A stretch of DNA of 64,000 bases from Candidatus Iainarchaeum sp. (lineage in GTDB: Archaea; Iainarchaeota; Iainarchaeia; Iainarchaeales; UBA10191), in assembly GCA_030649735.1 (NCBI GenBank), contig JAUSFL010000035.1:5044-69043 (forward strand), read 5' to 3'. The notes beneath the pieces are model-generated. The model was not told the DNA's origin, did no database searches, and was given only the letters and a program-made list of their open reading frames with translations. The translations under genes and the position numbers were made by a program. Positions 1 through 8,754 of the stretch are shown here, piece by piece. Position 1 is the first letter of the stretch. Every line of letters begins with the position of its first letter.

Positions 1-542
1 TAATCTGCGGTTTCTTTCATGATTGTTTCAAAATCGCTGTTGCGCCTTTCTCCCCTGAAAGCAAGGATTGCGTCAGAGAGCTCGCCAAATTCTTCAGCCA
101 AGTGAATGCCTGCAATTTCAAGGCTTCTTGAAGCCGGGGGGTAAATTCTTTTGAACATTTCCTGGAATTCATGCATTGTTTTAGGCCTTTTGCTTTCAAT
201 CACGTCAACTTTTCTCCTTCCGGGAATTGATTCTGCCTTGCAAGTGCATGAAATGTTTCCGCAGTAAGAGCACAAGTAAGGAAACCTTTGCCAAAGCGCG
301 TCTTCAATGTCAATGTGAAGCCTTGTCGCCATTGAAGTGTACCAGCTTAAAGAGCGCAAAAAATTAAGCTTGGCTTTCTCAGGATTTCCCTGGCGTATTC
401 CCTTAATCCCTAAAGTGACAAACCTGTGGACATTCGCGAGCATTTCAGCCAATTCAAACCCGCGGTCGTTCGGGAGGTCGTAGACTTCGTTGATGAATTG
501 CTGGAATTCTTTAATGCTTCCGTTTTCTGGAAAATTAGCCAT
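1..542 (-). CDS. Tandem MazG-like NTP pyrophosphohydrolase with Cys-rich motif (partial, runs off window start)
   Basis: Not in ORF track. Manual translation from ATG at 542: MANFPENGSIKEFQQFINEVY...FPYLCSYCGNISCTCK...TMHEFQEMFKRIY...HLAEEFGELSDAIL...IMKETAD. EExGEL...ExAD is the MazG acidic motif. Confidence 0.75.
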   Translation of the reverse strand, partial: MANFPENGSIKEFQQFINEVYDLPNDRGFELAEMLANVHRFVTLGIKGIRQGNPEKAKLNFLRSLSWYTSMATRLHIDIEDALWQRFPYLCSYCGNISCTCKAESIPGRRKVDVIESKRPKTMHEFQEMFKRIYPPASRSLEIAGIHLAEEFGELSDAILAFRGERRNSDFETIMKETAD

Positions 543-626
543 TACAATTGCCTATTTAATTGTTTTTAAAAAGCCAAATATTAGTTTAAAAGGAATTTTT
601 GGAAAGAAGAATGAAAGGCAGAATTT

Positions 627-773
627 TCATTCTACCTTGTATGTTTTCCTGTCGCAGAATTCTTCTTTTTTTCCCGCATTCCAGTTCTGGATTGGCCTAT
701 AGTATCCGACAACTCGGGAATACACTTCTGTCTTTTCTCCGCATTCTATATTTCCTTCTTGTTCTTGTGTCAT
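627..773 (-). CDS. Stand-alone glycyl-radical domain of class III ribonucleotide reductase (48 aa)
   Basis: MTQEQEGNIECGEKTEVYSRVVGYYRPIQNWNAGKKEEFCDRKTYKVE contains the NrdD glycyl-radical motif YSRVVGYYRP. A GGAGGT Shine-Dalgarno lies upstream. Starts 1 nt after the nrdD stop. Confidence 0.9.
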   Translation of the reverse strand: MTQEQEGNIECGEKTEVYSRVVGYYRPIQNWNAGKKEEFCDRKTYKVE

Positions 774-774
774 A

Positions 775-2817
775 TTATATTACCTCCAAGGCTCTCTCTT
801 TAATCATATTGGTTTTGACGACTACAGGGCATGTTTCATGATTTCCCGCAACATAACCGTGCGTTTTGCAAATGCTGAATGTAGGCGTTATTGTAAAGTA
901 CGGCAAGTGATAGTTTTCCGCAATTTTTCTGACGAGTTTTTTGCAGGCTGTCGGACTTGAAATTTTTTCCCCAATAAAGCCGTGCAGCACTGTTCCGCCA
1001 GTGTACTTGCATTGCAGTTCGTCCTGGTGGTCTAATGCTTCAAAAATGTCGTCAGTGTAATCAACAGGCAAGTGCGAGGAATTCGTGTAGTATGGCGCGT
1101 TTTTTCCGGCCTGCAAAATGCCTGAAAGGTTTTTTTGGTCATGCCTTGCAAACCTGTATGACGTTCCTTCTCCAGGAGTTGCTTCCAAATTGTACATGTG
1201 GCCTGTTTCTGCCTGGAATTCCTGCAGTCTTTCGCGCATGAAGTCCAAAACCCTGAGTGCAAAGGCCTTTCCTTCAGGAGTCTGGATTCCGCTGTCAGGC
1301 CCTAAAAAATTCAGGCAAGCCTCATGCATTCCATTCAATCCAATTGTTGCAAAGTGATTGTTCAAAGTACCCAAGTATCTTCGCGTGTAAGGCAATAATC
1401 CTTGGTCCATGTTTTTTTGAACTTCTTTCCTTTTGATTTCAAGGCTTTCTTTTGCCAGAATCATCAGCCTTTCAAGCCTTGCAAAGAATTCTTTCTCGCT
1501 TTTTCCCTTGCTCAAGAAAGCCAAGCGAGGCATGTTTATTGTAACGACTCCAACGCTTCCAGTTGACTCTCCGGCCCCAAACAATCCGCCAGTCTTGCTT
1601 TTGAGCTTTCTCAGTTCATTCAAGTCAAGCTGCAGCCTGCAGCACATTGAGCGCACGTCATGCGGTTTTAATGAACTGTTGATGAAGTTTTGAAAGTATG
1701 GAATTCCGTACTTTGCGGTCATTTCAAAAAGCAATTCCGCATTTTCTGAATCCCAATTAAAGTCTTTGGTTAAGTTGTAGGTTGGGATTGGGAATGAAAA
1801 AGTCCTTCCGTCAGCGTCTCCCTTAATCATCATGTCCAGGAAAGCCCTATTTATCAAGTCCATTTCATCCTGGAAGTCGCTGTAAGTCTGGTCTTGCAAT
1901 TTTCCTTTAATGATTACTGGCATGTCTTTCATGTCTTCTGGAACAGTCCAGTCCAATGTAATGTTTGTGAAAGGCGGCTGATTGCCCCAGCGGGAAGTCT
2001 GGTTGACGCTGTAAACAAACTCTTGCAGGCCTTGCTTTACTTCCTCGTAAGACAATCCTTCCTTCCAAATGAACGGGGCAAGATAAGTGTCAAAGCTTGA
2101 GATTGCCTGCGCTCCAGCCCATTCATTCTGCAAAGTTCCAAAAAAATTCACTAGCTGTCCTACTACTGCATGCATGTGTCCTGCCGGGCCTGCAGCAATT
2201 CTTCCAGAAACTCCCCTGAATCCTTCAGTGAGCAATTGCCTGAAAGACCATCCTGCACAATAGGCCGCGAAAACCCCGTGGCTTAAGTCATGAATGTGCA
2301 AGTCCGCGCTCCTGTGCGCGTCAGAAATTTCTTTTGGGTAAATGTTATTCAAAGTGTATTCTGCGACAATGTTTCCTGAAATGTGCGCCTGCAGGCCGGT
2401 CATTGAGTAAGTTTCGTTCGCGTTTTCTTTCACGCGCCAGTCAGTTCCAATCAAGTAGCCGTCAATTATTCCCTCGGCTTTTCTCAAAAAGCTTTTCGTG
2501 TCCCTTAACTGCCTTCTTTGCTCCCTGTAAAGAATGAAAGTCTTTGCAGTGTCTGCGTATCCTTCCTTGATTAGGATTCTTTCAACAATGTCCTGGATTT
2601 CTTCAACAGTCGGGTTGGTGTTTCCAAATCTTTCCTTCAACTGCTGGACTATTTTGTCAGTCAATTCTTCAGCAATCCAACGGTCTTTTCCACCGACTGC
2701 CTGTGCTGCGGCAAAAATTGCATTGGTGACTTTTTCACGGTCAAACCTTGTTGTACGGCCGTCTCTTTTAATCACGCAGTCAAAATACTTTTTTGCCTCT
2801 TGCATCTCTCTCAACAC
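775..2817 (-). CDS. nrdD: Anaerobic (class III) ribonucleoside-triphosphate reductase, catalytic barrel with N-terminal ATP cone, lacking the C-terminal glycyl-radical segment
   Basis: ATP cone VIKRDG, HIHDL, YCAGWS, FSFPIPT, RSMCCRL finger loop, YNLEATPGE, YTGGT, FSICKTHGY...TCP. No RVxGY motif in this ORF. Confidence 0.95.
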   Translation of the reverse strand: MLREMQEAKKYFDCVIKRDGRTTRFDREKVTNAIFAAAQAVGGKDRWIAEELTDKIVQQLKERFGNTNPTVEEIQDIVERILIKEGYADTAKTFILYREQRRQLRDTKSFLRKAEGIIDGYLIGTDWRVKENANETYSMTGLQAHISGNIVAEYTLNNIYPKEISDAHRSADLHIHDLSHGVFAAYCAGWSFRQLLTEGFRGVSGRIAAGPAGHMHAVVGQLVNFFGTLQNEWAGAQAISSFDTYLAPFIWKEGLSYEEVKQGLQEFVYSVNQTSRWGNQPPFTNITLDWTVPEDMKDMPVIIKGKLQDQTYSDFQDEMDLINRAFLDMMIKGDADGRTFSFPIPTYNLTKDFNWDSENAELLFEMTAKYGIPYFQNFINSSLKPHDVRSMCCRLQLDLNELRKLKSKTGGLFGAGESTGSVGVVTINMPRLAFLSKGKSEKEFFARLERLMILAKESLEIKRKEVQKNMDQGLLPYTRRYLGTLNNHFATIGLNGMHEACLNFLGPDSGIQTPEGKAFALRVLDFMRERLQEFQAETGHMYNLEATPGEGTSYRFARHDQKNLSGILQAGKNAPYYTNSSHLPVDYTDDIFEALDHQDELQCKYTGGTVLHGFIGEKISSPTACKKLVRKIAENYHLPYFTITPTFSICKTHGYVAGNHETCPVVVKTNMIKERALEVI

Positions 2818-3022
2818 CTTTTTTCAATGACTAAAACTCCCATTCAAAAAGAGAACAATTTTTTTCTTTCGAAAATTGTAAAGTATTACTAAGCGAAACT
2901 TCTTTAAAAAACTTTCCAAAAAAAACAAAAACCGAAAAAATACCCCGCAAATCAGTTTGCAAACCAGAGTCTAATCTTCGTTTTGTTCACTTTCCAAATT
3001 TAAGTTGGTTTCGTCAAAAGCC

Positions 3023-3307
3023 TTAAAATTTTATTGAAAATTCTTCCATCTGGTTTTTCTTTGAAGAAAACTTTTTTTCAATCCTTTCCACTCTCGCAAA
3101 CCCGGCATCCTGCTCTAAAATTTCCAGCAGTGAAAGCAATTCTTTCTTTTCTCCAAAAGCCTCTAATTCCACAGTCCCGTCCCCGCAATTCTTGACCCAT
3201 CCGGCAAGTCCCAGTCTTCGTGCGTTTTGCCTTACAAACGCCCTGAATCCAACGCCTTGCACTCTTCCAAAAGCCTTTGCGAAAACGCAGTTTTCATTAT
3301 TGCTCAA
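3023..3307 (-). CDS. acyP: Acylphosphatase
   Basis: GRVQGVGFR and GWVKNxxDGTVE signatures. Confidence 0.95.
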   Translation of the reverse strand: MSNNENCVFAKAFGRVQGVGFRAFVRQNARRLGLAGWVKNCGDGTVELEAFGEKKELLSLLEILEQDAGFARVERIEKKFSSKKNQMEEFSIKF

Positions 3308-3753
3308 GCTTTCGCCTTCAATTCCTTCAATTTTTCCTCAAGCTCTTCAAGCGAGCTTACTATTTCAACGCAAGAGTTTGAAATCATCAGGTTCAATTGC
3401 TTTTTTTGGTCAAAAATCCTGCTGTCATTCAAAAACCCTATTATTGGAATTCCTTTAGAATACAAATAACCAATCTCAAAGGCAGTTCCTGAATCAACAT
3501 CCAGCCCATCAAGCAATGCAACGCAAGCACTGCAGGAATCCATTGCCTTCAAGTCTTTTTCAAAAAAAGGCCTTGGGGGACAGTCTCTTTTGAAGACTCC
3601 GGCGTTCTTGTGCGGCAAATAAGCAATAAAGCCCCCTCCTTCTTCTTCTCCTCCTCTTCCGGCCTTTTCGCAAACAGCGCCGATTTCTTCAATGTGCTTT
3701 CTATGGTATTCAGTGAACAATGGCCCGGCTACATAAACGATTGGCTTTTCCAT
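3304..3753 (-). CDS. Nucleoside 2-deoxyribosyltransferase family protein
   Basis: VYVAGPLF, YLPH, DLKAM, DSGTAFEIGY, NLMI. Start set at MEKPIVY (3753) to avoid overlapping the divergent gene. Confidence 0.85.
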   Translation of the reverse strand: MEKPIVYVAGPLFTEYHRKHIEEIGAVCEKAGRGGEEEGGGFIAYLPHKNAGVFKRDCPPRPFFEKDLKAMDSCSACVALLDGLDVDSGTAFEIGYLYSKGIPIIGFLNDSRIFDQKKQLNLMISNSCVEIVSSLEELEEKLKELKAKA

Positions 3754-3802
3754 AACTTGTCTTGTACCTGTTTGTTTTTTTAATTCTTTCCAGCCTTCAA
3801 TA

Positions 3803-4396
3803 ATGCACATGCTTAAAGAGATCAGGATTCACGGCCGGGGAGGCCAAGGCGTTGTCACAAGCAGCGAGCTTTTGGCAATTGCGGCCTTTAATGACGGAAA
3901 GCAATCCCAGGCTTTTCCTAATTTTGGGGTTGAAAGAAGCGGCGCGCCGATTTCAGCATTCACCAGAATAAGCAATGAAAAAATTAATTTGCGCCAGCAA
4001 ATTTACGAGCCTGATTATGTGATTGTTTTAGACTCAAGCCTGCTTTCAACTGTCGAAGTCACCAAAGGGCTGAAAAACAACGGCCTTTTGATAATAAATT
4101 CTGACAAAAAGCCAGAAGAGCTCGGCTTGAAAACAAATGCCAGAATGGTTTCTTTTGATGTTTCAAAAAAAGCAATTGAAATTTTGGGAAAGCCATTGGT
4201 TAATGTTGCAGTGCTTGGGGCTTTTGCAGCGCTGACAAAAGAAATAACGCTTCCTTCATTGCTTAATGCAATAGACCAAGAGTTTGAAAGCAAGAAAGAA
4301 ATTGCTGAAAAGAACAAAAAGCTTGCGGAAATACTTTACAAAGAAAACATTGCGGTCGAGAAAGAAAAATCAAGGGCTGGCAAAAATGGCAAATGA
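3803..4396 (+). CDS. porG: Pyruvate/2-oxoacid:ferredoxin oxidoreductase gamma subunit
   Basis: EIRIHGRGGQGVVT, FPNFGVERSGAP. Start may be 3809. Confidence 0.93.
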   Translation: MHMLKEIRIHGRGGQGVVTSSELLAIAAFNDGKQSQAFPNFGVERSGAPISAFTRISNEKINLRQQIYEPDYVIVLDSSLLSTVEVTKGLKNNGLLIINSDKKPEELGLKTNARMVSFDVSKKAIEILGKPLVNVAVLGAFAALTKEITLPSLLNAIDQEFESKKEIAEKNKKLAEILYKENIAVEKEKSRAGKNGK

Positions 4397-4664
4397 AAAA
4401 AAGAAACTGCCGGTCGGCGCTGTCATTTCAGCAGCTGGAAGCTCTGTTAAGAACAAGACTGGCGGCTGGCGCTCTTTCAAGCCAGTGATTGACCAGAAAA
4501 AATGTAACAAGTGCAAGCTGTGCTGGATTTACTGCCCTGACAATGCAGTCAAGGTTTTGAAGGACGGAAGCGTGGAAATTGATTACAATTATTGCAAAGG
4601 CTGCAGCATTTGCGCCAACGAGTGCAAAGCCAAGGCCATTACAATGGAACTCGAGAAAAAGTAA
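4386..4664 (+). CDS. porD: Pyruvate/2-oxoacid:ferredoxin oxidoreductase delta subunit (2x[4Fe-4S])
   Basis: KTGGWRSFKP, CxxCxxCxxxCP and YCKGCSICANEC. Start set at ATG 4386. Confidence 0.93.
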   Translation: MANEKKKLPVGAVISAAGSSVKNKTGGWRSFKPVIDQKKCNKCKLCWIYCPDNAVKVLKDGSVEIDYNYCKGCSICANECKAKAITMELEKK

Positions 4665-4682
4665 AACGCGGGGTGGTTTTGA

Positions 4683-4913
4683 ATGGTTATTAAAAGCTCT
4701 CAGGAAGTCTTTAACGAAAACCTTGTGAAAGGCGAAGAACTGGCAAAAAAACAGGCTGAAAAGTCAAAAAAAATCAGGGAATTGCGCGAGCAATTAAACC
4801 TGGCAATAACTAAAGCAGGCTTTTCGCAGTCAGAGTCTGAAAAATCAAGGTATTCTTCCCAAGCGCAAGGCCTAAAGCGCCAGATTGACATGCTTCAAAG
4901 CATGAGCAAGTGA
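4683..4913 (+). CDS. Small hypothetical coiled-coil protein
   Basis: GGGGTGG SD upstream; helical charged composition; in operon order. Confidence 0.6.
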   Translation: MVIKSSQEVFNENLVKGEELAKKQAEKSKKIRELREQLNLAITKAGFSQSESEKSRYSSQAQGLKRQIDMLQSMSK

Positions 4914-5323
4914 TTCAAATGAAAAAAGAAACCATGATTCTTGCAATTTTGATTGGAAGCATGGTTGCATTAAGCGGATGCATTGAAGCGCTTTTTTCTT
5001 CAGGCATATATAATACTCCAGCGAACTGCACTCAATTTGGCGGCAGATTATTGCTTAAAGATTATTCTATGGCTCAAAATTCAATAAAATTGACAGTGCA
5101 GAATGGAAGCTCTGGAGAAATCAGTTCAATAAAAGCTAAGGCTTCAGGATTTGCCGCGAGAATAAATGGAGTTGAAGACTTGGATTCGCTGCCAAGGTCT
5201 GACAATGCTGAAATTGTTTTTTCGGGAAACACTGAAAAGGGAAAGTCTTACTCATTAATTGTCAGCTACTCCAGCAATGGGATAAATCATGAAGAAACCA
5301 CGACTTGCACTGTTGCAAAGTAA
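4910..5323 (+). CDS. Putative lipoprotein with pilin-like/beta-rich extracellular domain
   Basis: MKKE, hydrophobic stretch, LSGC lipobox; paired Cys. Confidence 0.65.
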   Translation: MIQMKKETMILAILIGSMVALSGCIEALFSSGIYNTPANCTQFGGRLLLKDYSMAQNSIKLTVQNGSSGEISSIKAKASGFAARINGVEDLDSLPRSDNAEIVFSGNTEKGKSYSLIVSYSSNGINHEETTTCTVAK

Positions 5324-5326
5324 GGC

Positions 5327-5638
5327 TTGATTATGGAATTCATTTACATAACCTGCAAAAATCCAAAAGAGGCAGAAAAAATAGCAACAGCCCTGCTTTC
5401 AAAAAAACTCATTGGCTGCGCAAACATCCTTCCGTCAGTTTCACTTTACCATTGGAAGAAAAAGCTCAAAAAGAGAAAAGAAAGCATTTTGATTTGCAAA
5501 ACTTTTGGGGAAAAATTCTCTGAAATCGAGCGCGTTGTGAAAAAGCTTCACTCTTACGAAATTCCATTGATTGCTTCACTCGATGTCGAAGATGTCAATC
5601 CAGAATTCAACAAATGGCTTGAGAAAGAAATCCGCTAA
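5327..5638 (+). CDS. cutA: Divalent-cation tolerance protein CutA
   Basis: IYITC...EAEKIA...LIGCANI...SLYHW...HSYEIP. Confidence 0.92.
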   Translation: MIMEFIYITCKNPKEAEKIATALLSKKLIGCANILPSVSLYHWKKKLKKRKESILICKTFGEKFSEIERVVKKLHSYEIPLIASLDVEDVNPEFNKWLEKEIR

Positions 5639-6375
5639 TTTTCCTTCAATATTATTATATTTCCCCTGCCTTTCTTGATTTTCTTCACTTTTCCCTCGCT
5701 TTCCAATTCTGCAATCACAAGGCTCAAGTAAGCCTCTCCAAAATGCACTTTCTCCAAAAGCTCTTTTTGAGTCGCCCTGTTTCCCCTCTCGCGCAATGCC
5801 TGCAAGACTTCTTCAGCATTCTTATCCAAGACTTTCGGCTTTGCCTTTGGCGCGCTTTCTCCAACAGTGCCTGAAACAGTTCCTGCCTTTTGGCCGCTGT
5901 TTTTCCAAAAGACCCAAATCATTACAATAATCAACAAAGCCAGTATTCCAGCAAGCAAAAACCATGAATTGTCCTTTTCGGCAGGCGGCAGTTCTGACTG
6001 GTTGACGTCAAAGTTTTCCAATTGATTTCCCAAAAGCTCTTGCTCCAAGTTTTCATCATTGGCTGCCGGAAGCATTATCAAATCCAGCCGGTAATTTCCT
6101 TCCTTATTTATCCTGATTTTTTCTGAAGATTCCAGGACAAGCATTGAGTTCTCAAAATACTTTGCCCTGATTTCAAAATCTCCAAAAGGAAGCTCAAAAG
6201 AGTAATTCGCGTCTTTTGAAACAATCTGCTGGCCCGGGGTTGAATTTACTGAAACAATCGCGTCTTTTAACAGCTCAAAAGTTTCAGCATTGTAAATGCT
6301 TCCAGAAATTGTCGCGCTGCTCGCAAAGCCGGCCGCAAGCATTAAGGCAAAAAGCAATAATTTCAGTTCCATCAA
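5635..6375 (-). CDS. Membrane-anchored protein: signal peptide, extracellular beta domain, one TM helix, C-terminal winged HTH
   Basis: N-terminal signal; ATISGSIY carboxypeptidase-regulatory-like domain; TM WFLLAGILALLIIVMIW; TQKEL...SLVIAELESEGKVKKIKKGRGNII. Confidence 0.75.
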   Translation of the reverse strand: MMELKLLLFALMLAAGFASSATISGSIYNAETFELLKDAIVSVNSTPGQQIVSKDANYSFELPFGDFEIRAKYFENSMLVLESSEKIRINKEGNYRLDLIMLPAANDENLEQELLGNQLENFDVNQSELPPAEKDNSWFLLAGILALLIIVMIWVFWKNSGQKAGTVSGTVGESAPKAKPKVLDKNAEEVLQALRERGNRATQKELLEKVHFGEAYLSLVIAELESEGKVKKIKKGRGNIIILKEN

Positions 6376-6568
6376 TTAAAACATTGCGGAAAAATGGTTT
6401 TAAAACTTTACTAAAGCTTTTCTTTCAAGGAAAGCTACTGGCTTTCCCCCCAATTCGCCAAAAACCCATTATTTGGGCTTGCTTTTTTTTAGTGAAGAAT
6501 TGTTTTAAACAACCTGCAATGTTTCTTATTCAACGAACACGCGATTCTGAAAGGAGGATTGGTTTCTT

Positions 6569-7480
6569 ATGAAAGCAAACAAAGCAATTATAGTGCTTGC
6601 AGCACTCTTGATTTTGCTTTCCTTTAGCGCTTTTGCAATTGCAGAGCCGCAAAAGGAAAACTTGAGGGAAAAAATCCAGCAAAAAATAGAGAATGCCAAG
6701 CAAAATTTTGAAAAGGCGCAAGAGCGCTTTGAAAAGCAAAAAGACAAGTTTGAGGACGCCAAAACAAAATGGGTGTCTTTTAAGACTGACTGGCAGTCAG
6801 GAAAAAACAAGGACAAGAACAGGCTTTATAATGGCGCAAAAAACTACATTGTGAATGCCACTGAACGCATGGAAAATTATTTGGAAGTCACAAAAAGAAG
6901 GGCGCAAAACATTCAAGACCTGCCTGAAGCAGACTTGAATAGCATTGTGGCGCAAATTGACGCTGAAGCCGCAAAATTGGCCTTGTTGAAATCAAAAGTC
7001 AATGACGCAAATTCTAATGAGGCAATCAAGGCATTGGTTCCTGAAGTGAATGCGGAGTGGGATTTAGTAAAGGCTTTTTCCAAGAAAATCACTGGATTGA
7101 TTTTGTCGGCAAACACGCAAAAAGCAATTGACGCCGCAGAAAAAATCAGCCAAAAAGCGCAGGACAAAATCAATGAATTGGACGCAAACTCAACAGCAGA
7201 CTTGAACGCCGCAAAAGCAAGGCTTGCACAATACCAAGCTGACATTAACCTTGCAATCCAAAAAAAGCAGGCAGCTGTGGCAAAGTTTCTGCAAATAACA
7301 GACTCAAACAACGCGCAGCCGTTGTTCAAGGAAGGCCAAGACTTGCTAAAAGAAGCGCACAAGGAATTGAGGAATGCGGCGCAAGACTTGAAGGACATAA
7401 TAAGGGACATTGTGAAGGCTAACAGGCCTGAAAGGCCAAAAGACAGCAATTCAGTCCGCGACCAGAACGAGCAGGATTAA
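6569..7480 (+). CDS. Secreted alpha-helical coiled-coil hypothetical protein
   Basis: AGGAGG SD; signal peptide ending AFA; long A/K/E/Q-rich heptads. Confidence 0.75.
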   Translation: MKANKAIIVLAALLILLSFSAFAIAEPQKENLREKIQQKIENAKQNFEKAQERFEKQKDKFEDAKTKWVSFKTDWQSGKNKDKNRLYNGAKNYIVNATERMENYLEVTKRRAQNIQDLPEADLNSIVAQIDAEAAKLALLKSKVNDANSNEAIKALVPEVNAEWDLVKAFSKKITGLILSANTQKAIDAAEKISQKAQDKINELDANSTADLNAAKARLAQYQADINLAIQKKQAAVAKFLQITDSNNAQPLFKEGQDLLKEAHKELRNAAQDLKDIIRDIVKANRPERPKDSNSVRDQNEQD

Positions 7481-7492
7481 GGAGTTGATTGA

Positions 7493-7843
7493 ATGAAAAA
7501 ACCAATTCTCTTGATTTTTGGAATCCTGGCTTTTGCAGTATTGCTTTCAGGCTGTTCTCAAGACCAGCCAAAGCAGCAAAGCGGCTTGGAATCTGACAGC
7601 ACTGCATTGGACAGCACTTTAAACAGCGCTGACCAGCAGCTTAATGATCCCGGCACTGACTTGACCGGCATTGTTCCAGTCGATTTGCCTGCTGATGCCG
7701 GCATTGCTTCAACCACTGCGCTTGAAGCAGATGCCGCTTCGCTTTCAGCAGACGCATCAAGCCTTGACTCATTAAGCACAGAGCTTTCAGACTTTTTAAC
7801 CCTTGATTCAGTCCAGGCAATTAATCCGGCAGATTTGCAATAA
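7493..7843 (+). CDS. Acidic lipoprotein, hypothetical
   Basis: AGGAG SD; LLSGC lipobox; D/S/L-rich. Confidence 0.7.
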   Translation: MKKPILLIFGILAFAVLLSGCSQDQPKQQSGLESDSTALDSTLNSADQQLNDPGTDLTGIVPVDLPADAGIASTTALEADAASLSADASSLDSLSTELSDFLTLDSVQAINPADLQ

Positions 7844-7950
7844 TGCCAAAGTACGGCAATGCTTTGATATTCATCAAAAGGCAACTTTTGATGAAAAATC
7901 TGCTTTTTTTCCTTCTTTTTTAAAAACTCCAATTGCGTTAGAATAATCAT

Positions 7951-8742
7951 ATGTTCAAGGCATTGGAAAAGTATTCCGGAGTTTTCAAGATAGAATTAAT
8001 TGACTTTTTCCAAAGCAAATGGGACGTGATTTTCGGCTTTCTTTTCCTTGGAATAGTGATTTTTGTATTCTACCAGCTTTGGGCATTGGGTTTTGCGCAA
8101 AAGGCAATTCCAGGATACTCGCTTGCAAAACTGGTTTTTTACGTTGCAATTGCAGAAAGCGTCACGATTTCAACAATCAGGATTTACAAAATCATTGATG
8201 ACGACTTGAAAAAAGGCCTTTTGACAAATTACCTTTCAAAGCCGGTCAATTATGTCTTCTTTCAGTTCTCGCGCGCCTTGGGAAAAAGCGCAATCACTTT
8301 ATTCATCAATCTTGCATTGACTCTTGCATTCTGTTTTTTGCTTTTCGGCTTTTTTCCATTCTCTCTCTTGGAATTTGCGGCAGTTATTTTTGCGAGCATT
8401 TTTTGCCTTTGCCTTTTGGTTCTTGTCGGGGTTTTTTTCGGGCTTTTGGGATTTTACACTGAAGACAGCTCCGCATTCTATTTTGTTTACAGCAAGGCAA
8501 TCTACATTTTCGGCGGCCTTGTTTTCCCATTAGACCTTTACCCGCAGTGGCTTAAGTCAATCTCGGACTTTTTGCCATTCAAGTGGGCTGTTTTTGCCGC
8601 TGGAAAGCTTGCAATTTCCTTTTCCACTGACTTTTTTATCGAGGTTTTGCTGATGCAATTGTTCTGGATTGCAGTGTTTGCCGGGCTTTGCCTTTTTGTT
8701 TTTTCAAGGATTTCAAGGAAGGTTTTCATCAATGGCGGTTGA
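7951..8742 (+). CDS. ABC-2 type transporter permease
   Basis: About 6 TM helices; YLSKPVNY, GGLVFPLDLYPQWL, C-terminal NGG. Confidence 0.85.
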   Translation: MFKALEKYSGVFKIELIDFFQSKWDVIFGFLFLGIVIFVFYQLWALGFAQKAIPGYSLAKLVFYVAIAESVTISTIRIYKIIDDDLKKGLLTNYLSKPVNYVFFQFSRALGKSAITLFINLALTLAFCFLLFGFFPFSLLEFAAVIFASIFCLCLLVLVGVFFGLLGFYTEDSSAFYFVYSKAIYIFGGLVFPLDLYPQWLKSISDFLPFKWAVFAAGKLAISFSTDFFIEVLLMQLFWIAVFAGLCLFVFSRISRKVFINGG

Positions 8743-8754
8743 GGTTGGATTAAG

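Noticed and set aside
627-800. nrdD as a frameshifted pseudogene
   Set aside because: The downstream piece has its own ATG and strong SD, all motifs are intact, and the junction has extra residues that a single indel would not explain.
3630-3662. GRGGEEEGGG low-complexity insert in the deoxyribosyltransferase
   Set aside because: Short in-frame purine-rich slippage in a probable loop; no evidence of function.
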